A stretch of DNA of 64,000 nt from Mustelus asterias (GCF_964213995.1 NC_135804.1:54064001-54128000); one strand, 5' to 3'; positions 38,716 to 51,060 are shown, counted from the first letter of the stretch. The notes: generated from the sequence alone by a model not told the origin. Numbers and translations: made by a program.

Positions 38716-39326
38716 GTGAATTGAATATAAGGTCAAGCTTGATGCACTATTCTAAAGAACCATTAATATTGCCATCACTGACTGCCTTGGGAAGATTTGA
38801 GAAATGGTGGCTTCTCTCTGGAGCCAGTATCTGCAAAACAAACAGAGAGGAAAAAAAAACGGCAAATGGCAGAAATCTAAAATCATATCCGAAAATGTTG
38901 CAGAGCAGATCAGTCAGCATCTACTAGGTGGAAAGACAAGTTAACATTTGGGATAAATATACTGCATTACAATCTGCAACATGAACCTGGGGCTTGGAAG
39001 CAGGACCTATGCCAAGCTGTTGGGTAGGAGGGTGAGGCTTGTACAATAACTGTATGTTCACTGTGCTGAATATGCATTCCCCAATCATTGAGGAGGATAG
39101 AGTCACCAGAAACAAAGTCACAAATAGCAAAGCACCTTGTACAGAAGCTGCCTCGAACTGCCATATAGCCATGAAATCATCCGGTTATATTTGTGGGAAA
39201 GCTTCCACAAATGTTAGGTGACTTGGCCAATTTTACACTCCTGCCTGAGTGAAAAGGGACTTTCTTGCTCCAAGTCTTCTTTCAAATCATGTGTCTCATG
39301 TCTGATCTTTCTTTCTTTCTTCCTAG

Positions 39327-39472
39327 ATCTGTGATTTTGGCCTGGCAAAATGGCGGAGGTCCACCGGCCAGCATAGCATCAATAGCGAAATTGAGGGCAC
39401 ACTATATTATATGCCACCCGAATGCTTCAAAGACATCAATACCAGAAAAGCTGTGAAGTATGATGTATACAG
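39327..39472 (+). CDS. RIP-family kinase exon 3 (DFG, activation loop)
   Basis: ICDFGLAKWRRSTGQHSINSEIEGTLYYMPPECFKDINTRKAVKYDVY; phase 0-2; strong splice sites. Confidence 0.95.
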
Positions 39473-39887
39473 GTAAGTTAGAAAAGTTTCTCTATTGTAA
39501 TACTGACAGAATTTTGTCTTGTGTTTCTGAAGTCTGGTTTCAACAGTTCATTAGACCAATGAGTCCCCAAGTATCATTCAACCAACTCACAAATACAAAA
39601 AGGGGCATCAACCATCTCTGCAATACCTGGTTGTCCTTTCAGTTCTCTTGCCTCCTCTCGGGATATTGACTCTTGCTGGAGCCGCTTTGTTGTGAGATTG
39701 GACAGCTATGTTGGTAGCACAGCTGACTCTTGAGACAGCTCTGATAGATTTCACTTTGTTGTGGCCTTGTGGACCAATGGCTGGTTACAGAGATTCCCTC
39801 ACTTGCATTTTTGTTTCGATAGCGATATTATGCCTGGATAGCAAGTTGCAAAGTAACTTGTGCGCACATTTTCTAGCACAGGTCATT

Positions 39888-40320
39888 AGATAAGAACACA
39901 AGAAATAGAGCAGGAGTGGCCAATATGGCTCCTCGAGCCTGCTCCTCCATTCAATACGACCGTGGTTGAACTTAGGCTTCAACTCCCCATATTCCTTGAT
40001 TCCCTGAGAAATCACAAACCTGTCTATCCCACCCTTAAATGTATTGAACGATGGAGCATCCACAACCCTCTGGGATAAAGAAATCTGACTGGAAATATTT
40101 CTTGTCCTAAATGATTGCCCACTTATCCTGAGTTTATGCCCTCGTGTTCCAGATTCCCAGCCAGGGGAAACAACACATCAATCCCTTTACAATGTTTCAA
40201 TGAGGTCATCTCTCATTCTTCCAAACGCCTGAGATTATAGAGCCAGTTTAGTCAGTCTTCCATCGTAAAACAACCTTCACCCCAGGAACCTGCCCAGTGG
40301 ACCTTCCATGCACTACCTCC
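39888..40320 (-). mobile_element. CR1 3' end fragment
   Basis: Tail ataagaacacaagaa; ORF 39785-40063 resembles a CR1 C-terminus. Confidence 0.75.
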
Positions 40321-40536
40321 TAGATAGCACTCAGAACTTTATTTTGAGTTTTTTCCCTTACTTCATCCACAGTCCAGCAATGTCATGAGAGATCTGCTAA
40401 TAAGTAAAAGTTTTGATATGTCTGTCACACTTTGTGTACCGTGTTTTGTCCAAGAATTAAAACATGTCATTCCCTGCTGGAGATGTTTTGATAACTGCAT
40501 TTTTCAGCTCACCTTTTTCTATTTATAATCTTGTAG

Positions 40537-40586
40537 CTATGGAATTGTCATCTGGGAGATACTAACCTGTCAAACGCCTTATAAAA
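40537..40586 (+). CDS. RIP-family kinase exon 4
   Basis: (S)YGIVIWEILTCQTPYK, 50 nt, phase 2-1. Confidence 0.93.
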
Positions 40587-40924
40587 GTAAGTCCGATGGA
40601 TTATGTGTTTTAGTGGCTGAGGGCATGCGGAGGAGCTAGTGCTGTAAAATGAAGTGAATGTTACTTTTCATCTTTCCATTGTCATCAGAAGTTGCAGCTT
40701 TGTGAAAAGTTCACTCGTTGAGAAATGTATTGGGGAAATGGCCAGTTTTTAAAATTCCAAACTTGAAGAGCCAACGTTTTATTGAACAGCAAGTGTAGAC
40801 GAGTTTGTGCAACTTCAGGTTGTGATATTTTGCCTGTTCACTGATACGGAAACACTGCTGTCTCATTGTATAGCGATTGGTCCCGAGTTTGTGCCATTTG
40901 TTCAATGATGTTTCTGTCTCCCAG

Positions 40925-41083
40925 ATGCTGTAAATTCCCAGCACTTAAAACTTTGTGTGGAAAATGGTGGTCGGCCAGACATTAAGGATATTCCTATTGA
41001 AAGACCGGAATCATCTGAAGTACTTGTTGACTTGATGGAAAAATGTTGGCGTGAGAACCCTGATGAACGTCCGACCTTTTTAA
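40925..41083 (+). CDS. RIP-family kinase exon 5
   Basis: AVNSQHLKLCVENGGRPD...LMEKCWRENPDERPTFL, phase 1-1. Confidence 0.93.
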
Positions 41084-41110
41084 GTATGTATTTACAGTCA
41101 CAGACATTAT

Positions 41111-42243
41111 GGGCCTGATTTTATCAAAACTTCGCGCCTGTTTTCGGGCGCAAAATCGCGGTAAAGTTGGGCATCGGGCCTTTAACGCGATCTGCACCTG
41201 AATCCGAGCAGATCACGCCTTTACCGACACCTGATTCGGGCGCGGGGCCGGCCCGCGTCCAAATCGGGTGCATTTAAATCGACTTAATGCATTTAAATCG
41301 ACTTAATGAACCGCGCGCCCAACTCTACCGCCAAGTCCCACGTTACTGTCTTCTGGCCCCATCCGCGTCTGAGCTGTAACCGACCTGCAAAATAAAAGTC
41401 TGAAGCCGCCGCTGCAGCCTCCGAAGAGCGGGGTCAGAGACTGCAATGGCTCTCTGACCCAGGTCATCCTCTGGTCGGGGTGGGAGGGGGGTGGGAGGAG
41501 GAGAGGAGGTGTGACGTCTCATCCCCTGGTGGGGGTGGGGCGTGGTGTGACGTCTCATCCCCTGGGAGGGGGGGGGGGGTGGTAGGGGAGGGGGAGTGAC
41601 GTCTCATCCTCTGAGGGGGGTGGGAGGGGAGGGGGTGTGACCGATCATCCCCTGGGCCGGGGGTGGGGGGGGGGGTGTGTGACGTATCATCCTCTGGTCT
41701 GGGGGGTACCGCTGCGTGTCTGTGGCCGATCCCTCCTGGCACCATCACTGGTACACTACCAGCCACAGATTACTCTTCCCTGCAGTTGCAAGAGAGCGGG
41801 AGAGATGGCTGTGGCTGGTAGTGTACCAGTGACGGTGCCAGGAGGGATCGGCCACAGACAGGCAGCGGAACCTCCCCGACCAGAGGATGAGACGTCACAC
41901 CCCCTCTCCATCCCGCCCCCCCCCCCCGGGGATGATCGGTCACCACCCCCACCCCTCCTCCCCCACCCCCACCCACCCACCCCAACCAGAGGATGAACGT
42001 CAGAGAGCCGCTCTCTCTGCTTTCTGCTTTTTTTCGCACCCAGGCGCGCTGTCAGATTTTTTTCAAACTGCGCATGCACAGTTCAGAGCTCCGATCGGTC
42101 CGCCAGCGCTAAGCCCCGCCCACAGCGCGGATCGGGCCGGAGCCAGCAAAACGCGTATGGGCGCGCTGGAAAGAGGATTCCAGGCGCTGATATATTTGAC
42201 GCCCAGATTCGGCACTTAGACTCAAAATGGTAAAATTCCCCCC
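41111..42243. mobile_element. GC/CpG-rich non-autonomous DNA-transposon-like element with an internal palindrome
   Basis: Imperfect terminal inverted repeats gggcctgattttatc and ggtaaaattcccccc; internal inverted arms centred near 41785; G-run subrepeats; sharp composition change from the flanks. Confidence 0.6.
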
Positions 42244-42249
42244 ATTTTC

Positions 42250-42372
42250 GAAATTTTACCGCTCGCCCGCCACGGGAATCGGAGCGGACGAGCGGAGGAG
42301 CAGGGGAAGGTACATTGACCTTCAGCAGGATTTTCTGGTTTTGGGGCGAGCGAGGTTGTAAGGTCCACCTTA
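42250..42372. mobile_element. Short MITE-like element
   Basis: Similar in length and sequence to about 17280-17403 (gcc..gccac..gaatc...ggattttctgg...gtaa). Confidence 0.5.
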
Positions 42373-43032
42373 TGAAACATTACACAATCATGAGATAGCT
42401 CAGGCAGCAATTACTCTGATAATTGCTGAGAAGTAATATTCACAGCCTCCACCTTTCACCATCTACAACCATCTTTTATCTGCTATGTTTGATTCCATCC
42501 GTAACATTTGATGCCATCTCTTGGCCTTTGCTGTTTCGTAAGTCACTAACAGCGATGCAGTTGCTTGTGGAAAATATATATCCTTCAGCCTTGTGTATTG
42601 CACAGTCTCCAATACACACTATCACAGCGTCAGGATCGAGCTGGTAGATTTACTGCCTCATTAACACACGGCCCAGCTGCCACCATTTTGGAAAGCAAAG
42701 GCCTTGCCTGTTTACATGGGATCAATCTCTCGATTTTGCAAATTGTGGTCCTTGAACATAGTTAAGACTCTGAGTGCAATTTTAAGGGACACACGAAAGG
42801 ACTGTCCCGGGTGAGATAGAAAGGGCCTGGAAATTGGATAGTCAGTCTGCGGAACCAATTAGAAATGGTTTGGCATGAGAGGCAGTCGGTCTGTGGATCA
42901 AAGTGGAAATGCTCTCAAATGAGAGAGTCAATCTGATCTGCGGTGATCGGTGAGGAGGTTACAGTGTTTCATTACAATGGCCGGATTGAGAATATTTCAA
43001 CACTTACAGCTGATGTACCTCTTTTGTCACAG

Positions 43033-43109
43033 AGTGCGTATATGATCTTGAACTAAAACAGTCCAATGAACAGGAGCTTCAATTTGCAATCCGTACGCTG
43101 ACCCAACAG
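43033..43109 (+). CDS. RIP-family kinase exon 6 (kinase C-terminal helix)
   Basis: (K)CVYDLELKQSNEQELQFAIRTLTQQ continues RPTFL as in RIP kinases; ttttgtcacag acceptor, cag|gtacag donor, phase 1-0. Confidence 0.82.
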
Positions 43110-43403
43110 GTACAGTTTACCATAGCACCATGCTGCCTGTGACACAACAGGTACAGTTTACCATAATACCATGCTGACTGACGCAACAGGTACAGTTTAC
43201 CATAGCACCATGCTGCCTGTGACACAACAGGTACAGTTTACCATAATACCATGCTGACTGACGCAACAGGTACAGTTTGCCATAGCACCGTGCTGACTGT
43301 GACACATCAAGTACAGTTTATCATAGCACCGTGCTGACTGACGCAACAGATACAATTTACCATAGCACAGTGCTGACTGTGACACATCAGGTACAGTTTA
43401 CAT
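43096..43403 (+). repeat. Minisatellite of alternating 41/39-bp units (80-bp dimer) spanning the exon-6 donor
   Basis: gtacagttt starts at 43110, 43151, 43190, 43231, 43270, 43311, (43350 mutated) and 43391. Confidence 0.95.
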
Positions 43404-44050
43404 AGAAAATAGGAGCTGGAGTAGGCCGTTTGGCCCTTTAAGCCTGCTCCACCATTCATTATTATCATGACTGATCATCCAATTCAATAGCCAGATCGCG
43501 CCTTCCCCCCCATATCCTTTGATCCCCTTTCGCCCCAAGTGATATATCTAACTCCTTCCTGAAATCATACAATATTTTGGCCTCAACTGCTTTCTGTGGT
43601 AGCGAATTCCACAGGCCTACCACTCTCTGGATGAAGAAATTTCTCCTCATCTCAGTCCAGAAAACATTACATATCAGAAATGTTGAGGAGTCTATAGAAT
43701 CTTGCAAGATGACCCCCCCAATGCATCTACTATTTCTCGGGCCACTTCCTTAAGTACTCTGGGATGTAAATCCTGAGGATTTATCAGCCTTCAATCCCAT
43801 CAATTTCCCTAACACCATTTCTCTGCTAATGCTCATTTCCTTCAGTTCCTCCCTCCTACAAACCCCTTTATTTCCCAACATCTCTGATACGTTATTTGTG
43901 TCCTCCTTTGTGAAGACAAAACCAAAGTATGTATTTAGTTGGTCAGTTATTCCTTTGCTCCCCATTATAAATTCCGCTGTTTCTGACTGTGAGGGACCTA
44001 CATTTGTCTTCACCACTCCTTTTCTCTTCATATACCTATAGAATTTATTT
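43401..44050 (-). mobile_element. Older CR1 fragments
   Basis: ORFs 43465-43707 (NFFIQRVVGLWNSLP) and 43750-44064 (LNTYFGFVFTKED...LKADKS). Confidence 0.8.
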
Positions 44051-47000
44051 ACAACATAGAACATTACAGCGCAGTTCAGGCCCTTCGGCCCTCGATGTTG
44101 CGCTGACCTGTGAAACCAATCTAAAGCCCATCTGACCTACACTATTCCAATATCATCCATATGTTTATCCAATGACCATTTAAATGCTCTTAATGTTGGC
44201 GAGTCCACTACTGTTGCAGGCAGGGCATTCCACGCCCTTACTACTCTCTGAGTAAAGAACCTACCTCTGACATCTGTTCTATATCTATCACCCCTCAATT
44301 TAATGCTATGTCCCCTCATGCCAGCCATCACCATCCGAGGAAAAAGGCTCTCACTGTCCACCCTACCTAATCCTCTGATCATCTTGTATGCCTCCATTAA
44401 GTCACCTCTTAACCTTCTTCTCTCTAACGAAAACAGCCTCAAGTCCCTCAGCCTTTCCTCATAAGACCTTCCCACCATACCAGGCAACAGCCTGGTAAAT
44501 CTCCTCTGCACCCTTTCCAATGCTTCCACATCCTTCCTATAATGCGGTGACCAGAACTGTACGCAATACTCCAAGTGCGGCCGCACCAGAGTTTTGTACA
44601 GCTGCAACATGACCTCATGGCTCTGAAACTCAATCCCTCTACCAATAAAAGCTAACACACCGTACGCCTTCTTAACCCTATCAACCTGGGTGCCAACTTT
44701 CAGGGATCTATGCACATGGACACTGAGATCTCTCTGCTCATCCACACTACCAAGTATCTTACCATTAGCCCAGTACTCTGTATTCCTGTTACTCCTTCCA
44801 AAGTGAATCACCTCTCACTTTTTACTGCATTAAACTCAATTTGCCACCTCTCAACCCAGCTCTGCAGCTTATCTATGTCCCTCTGTAACCTGCAACATCC
44901 TTCCGCACTGTCCACAACTCCACCGACTTTAGTGTCATCCGCAAATTTACTAATCCATCCTTCTACGCCCTCATCCAGGTCATTTATAAAAATGACAAAC
45001 AGCAGTGGCCCCAAAACAGATCCTTGCGGTACACCACTAGAACTGAACTCCAGGATGAACATTTCCCATCAACCACCACCCTCTGTCTTCTTACAGCTAG
45101 CCAATTCCTGATCCAAACCGCTAAATCACCCTCAATCCCATGCCTCCGTATTTTCTGCAATAGCTTACCGTGGGGAACCTTATCAAACGCTTTACTGAAA
45201 TCCATATACACCACATCAACTGCTTTACCCTTATCCACCTCTTTGGTCACCTTCTCAAAGAACTCAAAGGTTTGTGAGGCACGACCTACCCTTTACAAAA
45301 CCGTGCTGACTATCCCTAATCAAATTATTCCTTTCTAGATGATTATAAATCCTATCTCTTATAATCCTTTCCAAAGCTTTGCCCACAACAGACGTAAGGC
45401 TCACTGGTCTATAATTACCAGGGTTGTCTCTACTCCCCTTCTTGAACAAGGGGACAACATTTGCTTTCCTCTAGTCTTCTGGCACTATTCCTGTAGACAA
45501 TGACGACATAAAGGTCAAAGCCAAAGGCTCTGCAATCTCCTCCCTAGCCTCCCAGAGAATCCTAGGATAAATCCCATCTGGCCCAGGGGACTTATCTATT
45601 TTCACACTTTCCAGAATTGCTAACACCTCCTCCTTATGAACCTCAATCCTGTCTAGTCTAATAGCCTGTATCTCAGTATTCTCGACAACATTGTCTTTTT
45701 CCTGTGTGAATACTGATGAAAAATATTCATTTAGCGCCTCTCCTATCTCTTCGGGCTCCACGCACAACTTCCCACTACTGTCCTTGACTGGCCCTAATCT
45801 TACCCTAGTCATTCTTTTATTCCTGACATACCTATAGAAAGCTTTAGGGTTTTCCTTGATCCTACCTGCCAAAGACTTCTCATGTCCCCTCCTGGCTCTT
45901 CTTAACTCTCTCTTTCGGTCCTTCCTGGCTAACTTGTAACTCTCAAGCGCCCTAACTGAGCCTTCATGTCTCATCTTTACATAAGTCTCCTTCTTCCTCT
46001 TCACAAGAGATTCAACTTCTTTAGTAAACCACGGTTCCCTCGCTCGACCACTTCCTCCCTGCCTGACAGGTACATACTTATCAAGGACACGCAGTAGCTG
46101 TTTCTTGAACAAGCTCCACATTTCAATTGTGCCCATCCCCTGCAGTTTCCTTCCACATCCTATGCATCCTAAATCTCGCCTAATCGCATCATAATTTCCT
46201 TTCCCCCAGCTGTAACTCTTGTCCTGCAGTGTATACCTATCCCTTTCCATCGCTAAAGTAAACGTAACCGAATTGTGGTCACTATCACCAAAGTGCTCAC
46301 CTGCCTCCAAATCTAACACCTGGCCTGGTTCATTACCCAGTACCAAATCCAATGTGGCCTCGCCTCTTGTTGGCCTATCTACATACTGTGTCAGGAAACC
46401 CTCCTGCACACATTGGACAAACCTGACCCATCTAAAGTACTCGAACTATAGCGTTTCCAGTCAATATTTGTAAAGTTAAAGTCCCCCATAACAACTACCC
46501 TGTTACTTTCGCTCCTATCCAGAATCATCTTTGCAATCCTTTCCTCTACATCTCTGGAACTTTTCGGAGGCCTATAGAAAACTCCCAACAGGGTGACCTC
46601 TCCTTTCCTGTTTCTAACCTCAGCCCATACTACCTCAGTAGACGAGTCCTCATCAGAAGTCCTTTCTGCCACCGTAATACTGTCCTTGACCAACAATGAT
46701 GTGGAGATGCCGGCGTTGGACTGGGGTGAACACAGTAAGAGTTTTAACAACACCAGGTTAAAGTCCAACAGGTTTATTTGGTAGCAAAGCTAATGGTGTT
46801 TGCTACCAAATAAACCTGTTGGACTTTAACCTGGTGTTGTTAAAACTCTTACTGTTTTGACTAACAATGCCACACCTCCCCCTCTTTTACCACCTTCCCT
46901 GATCTTACTGAAACATCTAAACCCCGGAACCTGCAACAACCATTCCTGTCCCTGCTCTATCCATGTCTCCGAAATGGCCACAACATCGAAGTCCCAGGTA

Positions 47001-47935
47001 CCAACCCATGCTGCAAGTTCACCCACCTTATTCCGGATGCTCCTGGCATTGAAGTATACACATTTCAAACCACCTTCCTGCCTGCCAGTACACTCCTGCG
47101 ATGCTGAAACCTTATCCATTACCTCACTACTCTCAACCTCCTGTACACTGGAGCTACAATTCAGGTTTCCACCCCCCTGCTGAATTAGTTTAAACCCTCC
47201 CGAAGAGCATTAACAAATTTCCCCCCCAAGATATTGGTACCCCTCTGGTTCAGGTGTAGACCATCCCGTTTGTAGAGGTCCCACCTACCCCAGAATGAGC
47301 CCCAATTGTCCAGGTATCTGAATCCCTCCCTCCTGCACCATCCCTGTAGCCACGTGTCCAACTGCTCTCTCTCCCTATTCCTCTCCTCGCTAACATGTGG
47401 CACGGGTAACAAACCAGAGATAACAACTCTGTTTGTTCTAGCCCTAAGCTCCCACCCTAACTCCCTGAATTTCTGCCTTACATCCCCTTTTCCTACCTAT
47501 GTCTTGAGTGCCTATGTGGACCACGACTAGGGGCTGGTCCCCCTCCCCCTTAAGGATCCCGAAAACACGATCCGAGACATCATGGACTCCGGCACCTGGG
47601 AGGCAACACACCAGTCCCTCTCGTTCCCACAGAATCTCCTAAGTGTCCCCTTAACTATGGAGTCACCAATAACTAATGCTCTACTCCTCTCCCCCCCTTC
47701 CCTTATGAGCAACAAGGACAGACTCTGTGCCAGAGACCTGTACCCCATGGCTTACCCCTGGTAAGCCCCCCCCCCCCTTCCAAAACGGTATACTTGTTAT
47801 ACAGAGGAACGGCCACAGGGGATCGCTGCACTGACTGCTTCTTACCCCTTCTGACAGTCACCCAAGTATCTTCATTTCCAGGAGTATCTGCCTCCCTGTA
47901 GCTTTTATCTATAACTGTCTCTGCCTCCCGAATGC
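44051..47935 (-). mobile_element. Near full-length young CR1 LINE (ORF1 esterase, ORF2 endonuclease and RT), frameshifted, antisense in kinase intron 6
   Basis: Colinear ORFs: VIGDSIVKG and DGLHLNQRG (ORF1), [60 protein letters not shown]-terminus 44137-44811. Confidence 0.95.
46698..46855. mobile_element. Penelope-derived fold-back insertion inside the CR1 endonuclease
   Basis: About 57-bp inverted arms with a loop of about 10 nt; flanked by ttgac(c/t)aacaatg direct repeats (about 46686-46698 and 46857-46869). Confidence 0.85.
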
Positions 47936-48342
47936 CTCCCGAACAATTTATCATGGCTAATCCACCTAACCTGTACATCTTTGGAAAATCCGGGAGTTTT
48001 ATTCACTGTTGGCATGGACTGCACTTATGAAAGCCTCCTCAATAACAATTAAATGAAGCCTGCCCCAGGTGAATTAAGATGGGTGATGTTAAGTTTGTAA
48101 AGTCTGTAGAAAGAATCGGGAGGAGGAGAGTGCACAGCTTTGAAGGCATGACAAGGCGTGAGTTGGAGAAGAAAACACTGTAATTTGCCCTGATTGAGGC
48201 AGCCAGGAGGTTGGAGGATTTGGAAGGAGGCACTGCATGACATTTTTGCAGCTTAGAGTCCAGAGGGGAAGCTGACAGTATCTCGGTGTAAAGTTGTGGG
48301 TCTTGTGTTTCTTCTGATCTTTTCACTTTTCTTGCTGTGCAG

Positions 48343-48415
48343 GTGCCACATCTTGTGGATAGGTATATTGACCGGAGCACTCCAGGATCCAGCGAAGCCA
48401 CCTGTGACCTCTGCG
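48343..48415 (+). CDS. Probable kinase exon 7 (linker)
   Basis: Long polypyrimidine tract plus tgcag acceptor; VPHLVDRYIDRSTPGSSEATCDLC; g|gtaacc donor; phase 0-1 bridges exon 6 to phase-1 micro-exons; no homology support. Confidence 0.55.
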
Positions 48416-49007
48416 GTAACCAACATCAGGATCTGCTTTCACAAACTCACATTACTGTCCAAATTAAGGAACAATATTCTTCTTTGAACTTGGGCACCCT
48501 TTCAATCATTGGACAACAATTTCACCTTCAGATCCATCATTTTTAATATTCTTTGTCAAGAGATCTTACAGTGAGCCCCTGCAGCCACCCCTCCCTCACT
48601 CCCCACCCAACAACTGGCGCTGTGAAACTGCCCCCACCCACTGCTGCTTCCTTAGGGACCACCCAGCACAGGAGGTGTTTCAACTAAAATCAAACCCAGC
48701 ACTGGAGATGTCATAGCTAAGAGCTGAGCACCCAGTGCAGAGGTGTCATAGCCAAGAGCAGACCACCAACCATCCAGCACAGTCCCTCTCTGTGCCTCCT
48801 AATCAATTCGGGCTCCACTTGGCAATGAGGAAAGCAGAGAATTTCGAACTGATCTTGCTCTCTGATATTTAATTTTACAGCTACAACACTCAGCAGCTCC
48901 TGAAACCTCGTTAGTATTTATAATTCTGACCTTTCCTGTGTCATGCAGCATCACTGAGTGTGGCGAGATGAGGGGATGGTGGTGGGGAAGTAAGTGATAT
49001 GTTCCCA

Positions 49008-49305
49008 GGGCGGCACAGTGGTTAGCACTGCTGCCTCACAGCGCCAGGAATTCCAACCTTGGGTCACTGTGTGGAGTTTGCACAGTCTCCCCGTGCCTGC
49101 ATGGGTTTCCTCCCGGTGCTCCGGTTTCCTCCCACAGTCACAAAGATGCGCAGGTTAGGTGGATTGGCCATGCTAAATTGCCCCTTAGTGTCAGGGGCAT
49201 TAGCAGGGTAAATATGTGGGGTTACAGGAATAGGGCCTGGGTGGGATTGTGGTCGGTGCAGTCTCAATGAGCTGAACGGCCTCCTCCAGTACTGTAGGGA
49301 TTCTA
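49008..49305 (+). mobile_element. HE1/V-SINE-type SINE
   Basis: Head, V-core and tail present. Confidence 0.88.
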
Positions 49306-49929
49306 ATGTGTTAGCTGCTCAGTGAACCGGCAGACGTGATGATGATTTTCATCAGGCTCCCGTTCCGATGAGGGCCTTTGAATGCCAAGCCGATCAAAAA
49401 TCACCGCCAGTGTAAACCAAAACCAGAAAAATGGACCACTCGCGGTTTCCACGGCACTGACTAATTGTGCTCACCAACAGTGTCTACCAGGCCTCAGATT
49501 AGCTGGGGCACCAAGGGCTCTTATTTTGAGCAATGACCATAAATACTGAACAAGTTAAAAAAATCAGACAACCAAACTTTAGTCTTGTCTAATTGGGCAG
49601 AAGAAGCATTCATCAAAATTTTGAAACTAGATTTGAAGCAGCGATTGGATGCTCTGACTGAGTTGAAACCGGTTTCTCTGTTTTGTATATCTCTTCAGCT
49701 GCACAAAGCTTTTAGCAAAAGAATCTTTGAATCTCCAGGAGGATGCTGCAAATCTGAAATAAAAGCAGAAAATGCTGGAAAAGTTCAATAGGTCTGGCAG
49801 CATCTGTGGAGAGAGAAACAGAATTAACATTTCAGATTGATGACTTTTTCCCCAAGCTGTCTTTGAACTATTTCCTCTTCTCTCTTCCCATGTTTAATAA
49901 CACACAAGGCAGACAAAGCATTTGCTCAT

Positions 49930-50182
49930 GTCTGCTTCCATTCCTAGTCTATTTACCTTGAATAGGGTTTGCTAGCTCGTCGCCAGTGGGGCGCCACTCC
50001 ACACCAAGCATGGCTGACCCAGGAGTCTCTCCTGCCCTTACTGTATCAGAAGGATTTACAGGTGGATAGTCAACCTGTTTGGCAGGTAATGAATGTACCT
50101 TCCGAGGCCATCAAGTCCGGGAGTGGGACTCGAACCCGGAGTTTGTGGCTCGAGGTACGCTATCCAGTGCACAAGACCCCCT
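49930..50182 (-). mobile_element. Second tRNA-headed SINE family (related copy at about 37380-37640)
   Basis: Minus strand begins ggtcttgt...gggttcgagtcccac (B-box-like); shared ggccatcaa...gtgggact(c/t)gaaccc...acaagacc in both copies. Confidence 0.55.
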
Positions 50183-50269
50183 GTTTACCTATTTAGAGTC
50201 TGTTGAATTTGCCCGAGAGTATAAGGTCAGGAATGCTAGATTTGTTGTTTCTGTGGCTATTTGCTTCAG

Positions 50270-50311
50270 TTTCACTGAGGGAACTGGGTTCACCAGCGTC
50301 GACTCGCCCAG
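50270..50311 (+). CDS. Candidate 42-nt symmetric linker micro-exon
   Basis: ttgcttcag acceptor, (V)SLRELGSPASTRP in phase 1-1, weak donor cag|gtgttt. Confidence 0.3.
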
Positions 50312-51021
50312 GTGTTTTACAGAAAACTCTATCTGTGTCTCTGTTTCTTGACAGTATTATTGAGTATAGGTTATTCATGAAAGGCCACCTTCTCAACCTT
50401 ACCCCTCGCCTGAGGCGCGGTGAGCCTCAGGTTAAATCAGCCTACAGTCATTTGGGACTATGGCAACTTTTACCTGTTGGGTATGATACCTGAATGAGCT
50501 TTTCCTTCCCTACCTGGTGTGGATGCTTTGGGATGATATCACCAGATGGATTCCCTTAGACTTGAGCATGGATTTTCTGAACCGGCTTCTCGGTATTAAT
50601 CTGCACACAGCAAATACCAGTGACGCTGAACAGACATTTTTCAAGGACTAATACCAGCACTGGATGGTCAGCCCATTGTTCGCTGTAAATGGTGCACAGA
50701 AGTACAAGTGCTTTTGAAGGGAGTCATTGCTAAGCACTGGGACATTCCCAGTTCCTCGTTTACTTACACTTTGAAGAGGGAAGAAGCTTTTTAAAAATCA
50801 GATGTTGTCCATCTGCTGCAGTTCCCCTGAGTCACCACTTGGCAGCACTATAGGCCCTTGCCTTCACATTGTACAGAAATGCATCCGTCAGTGTTGTCAA
50901 CACTGACTTGATCTGTGTTTTAAATGGTCTCCACTCAGGAATGCAGACATCCCTCTGTTGAAAGATAAATTCCTGTTACAGTATCTCCTGCTTATTGCGA
51001 ACTGTTTTCTGTTTTGTTTAG

Positions 51022-51060
51022 AACCAGTTCAGGAACAGAATGAAGCCACCAACCTTCTGG
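51022..51060 (+). CDS. 39-nt symmetric micro-exon, copy 1
   Basis: ttttgtttag acceptor, g|gtgagt donor; phase-1 reading (E)PVQEQNEATNLL. Confidence 0.7.

Noticed and set aside
41343-42219. Pro/Gly-rich ORFs on both strands
   Set aside because: Products of G/C tracts in the palindromic element
43096-43403. Regularly spaced repeats resembling a CRISPR array, and Cys-rich ORFs on the - strand
   Set aside because: No unique spacers, no cas genes, eukaryotic intron context; the ORFs are translations of the minisatellite
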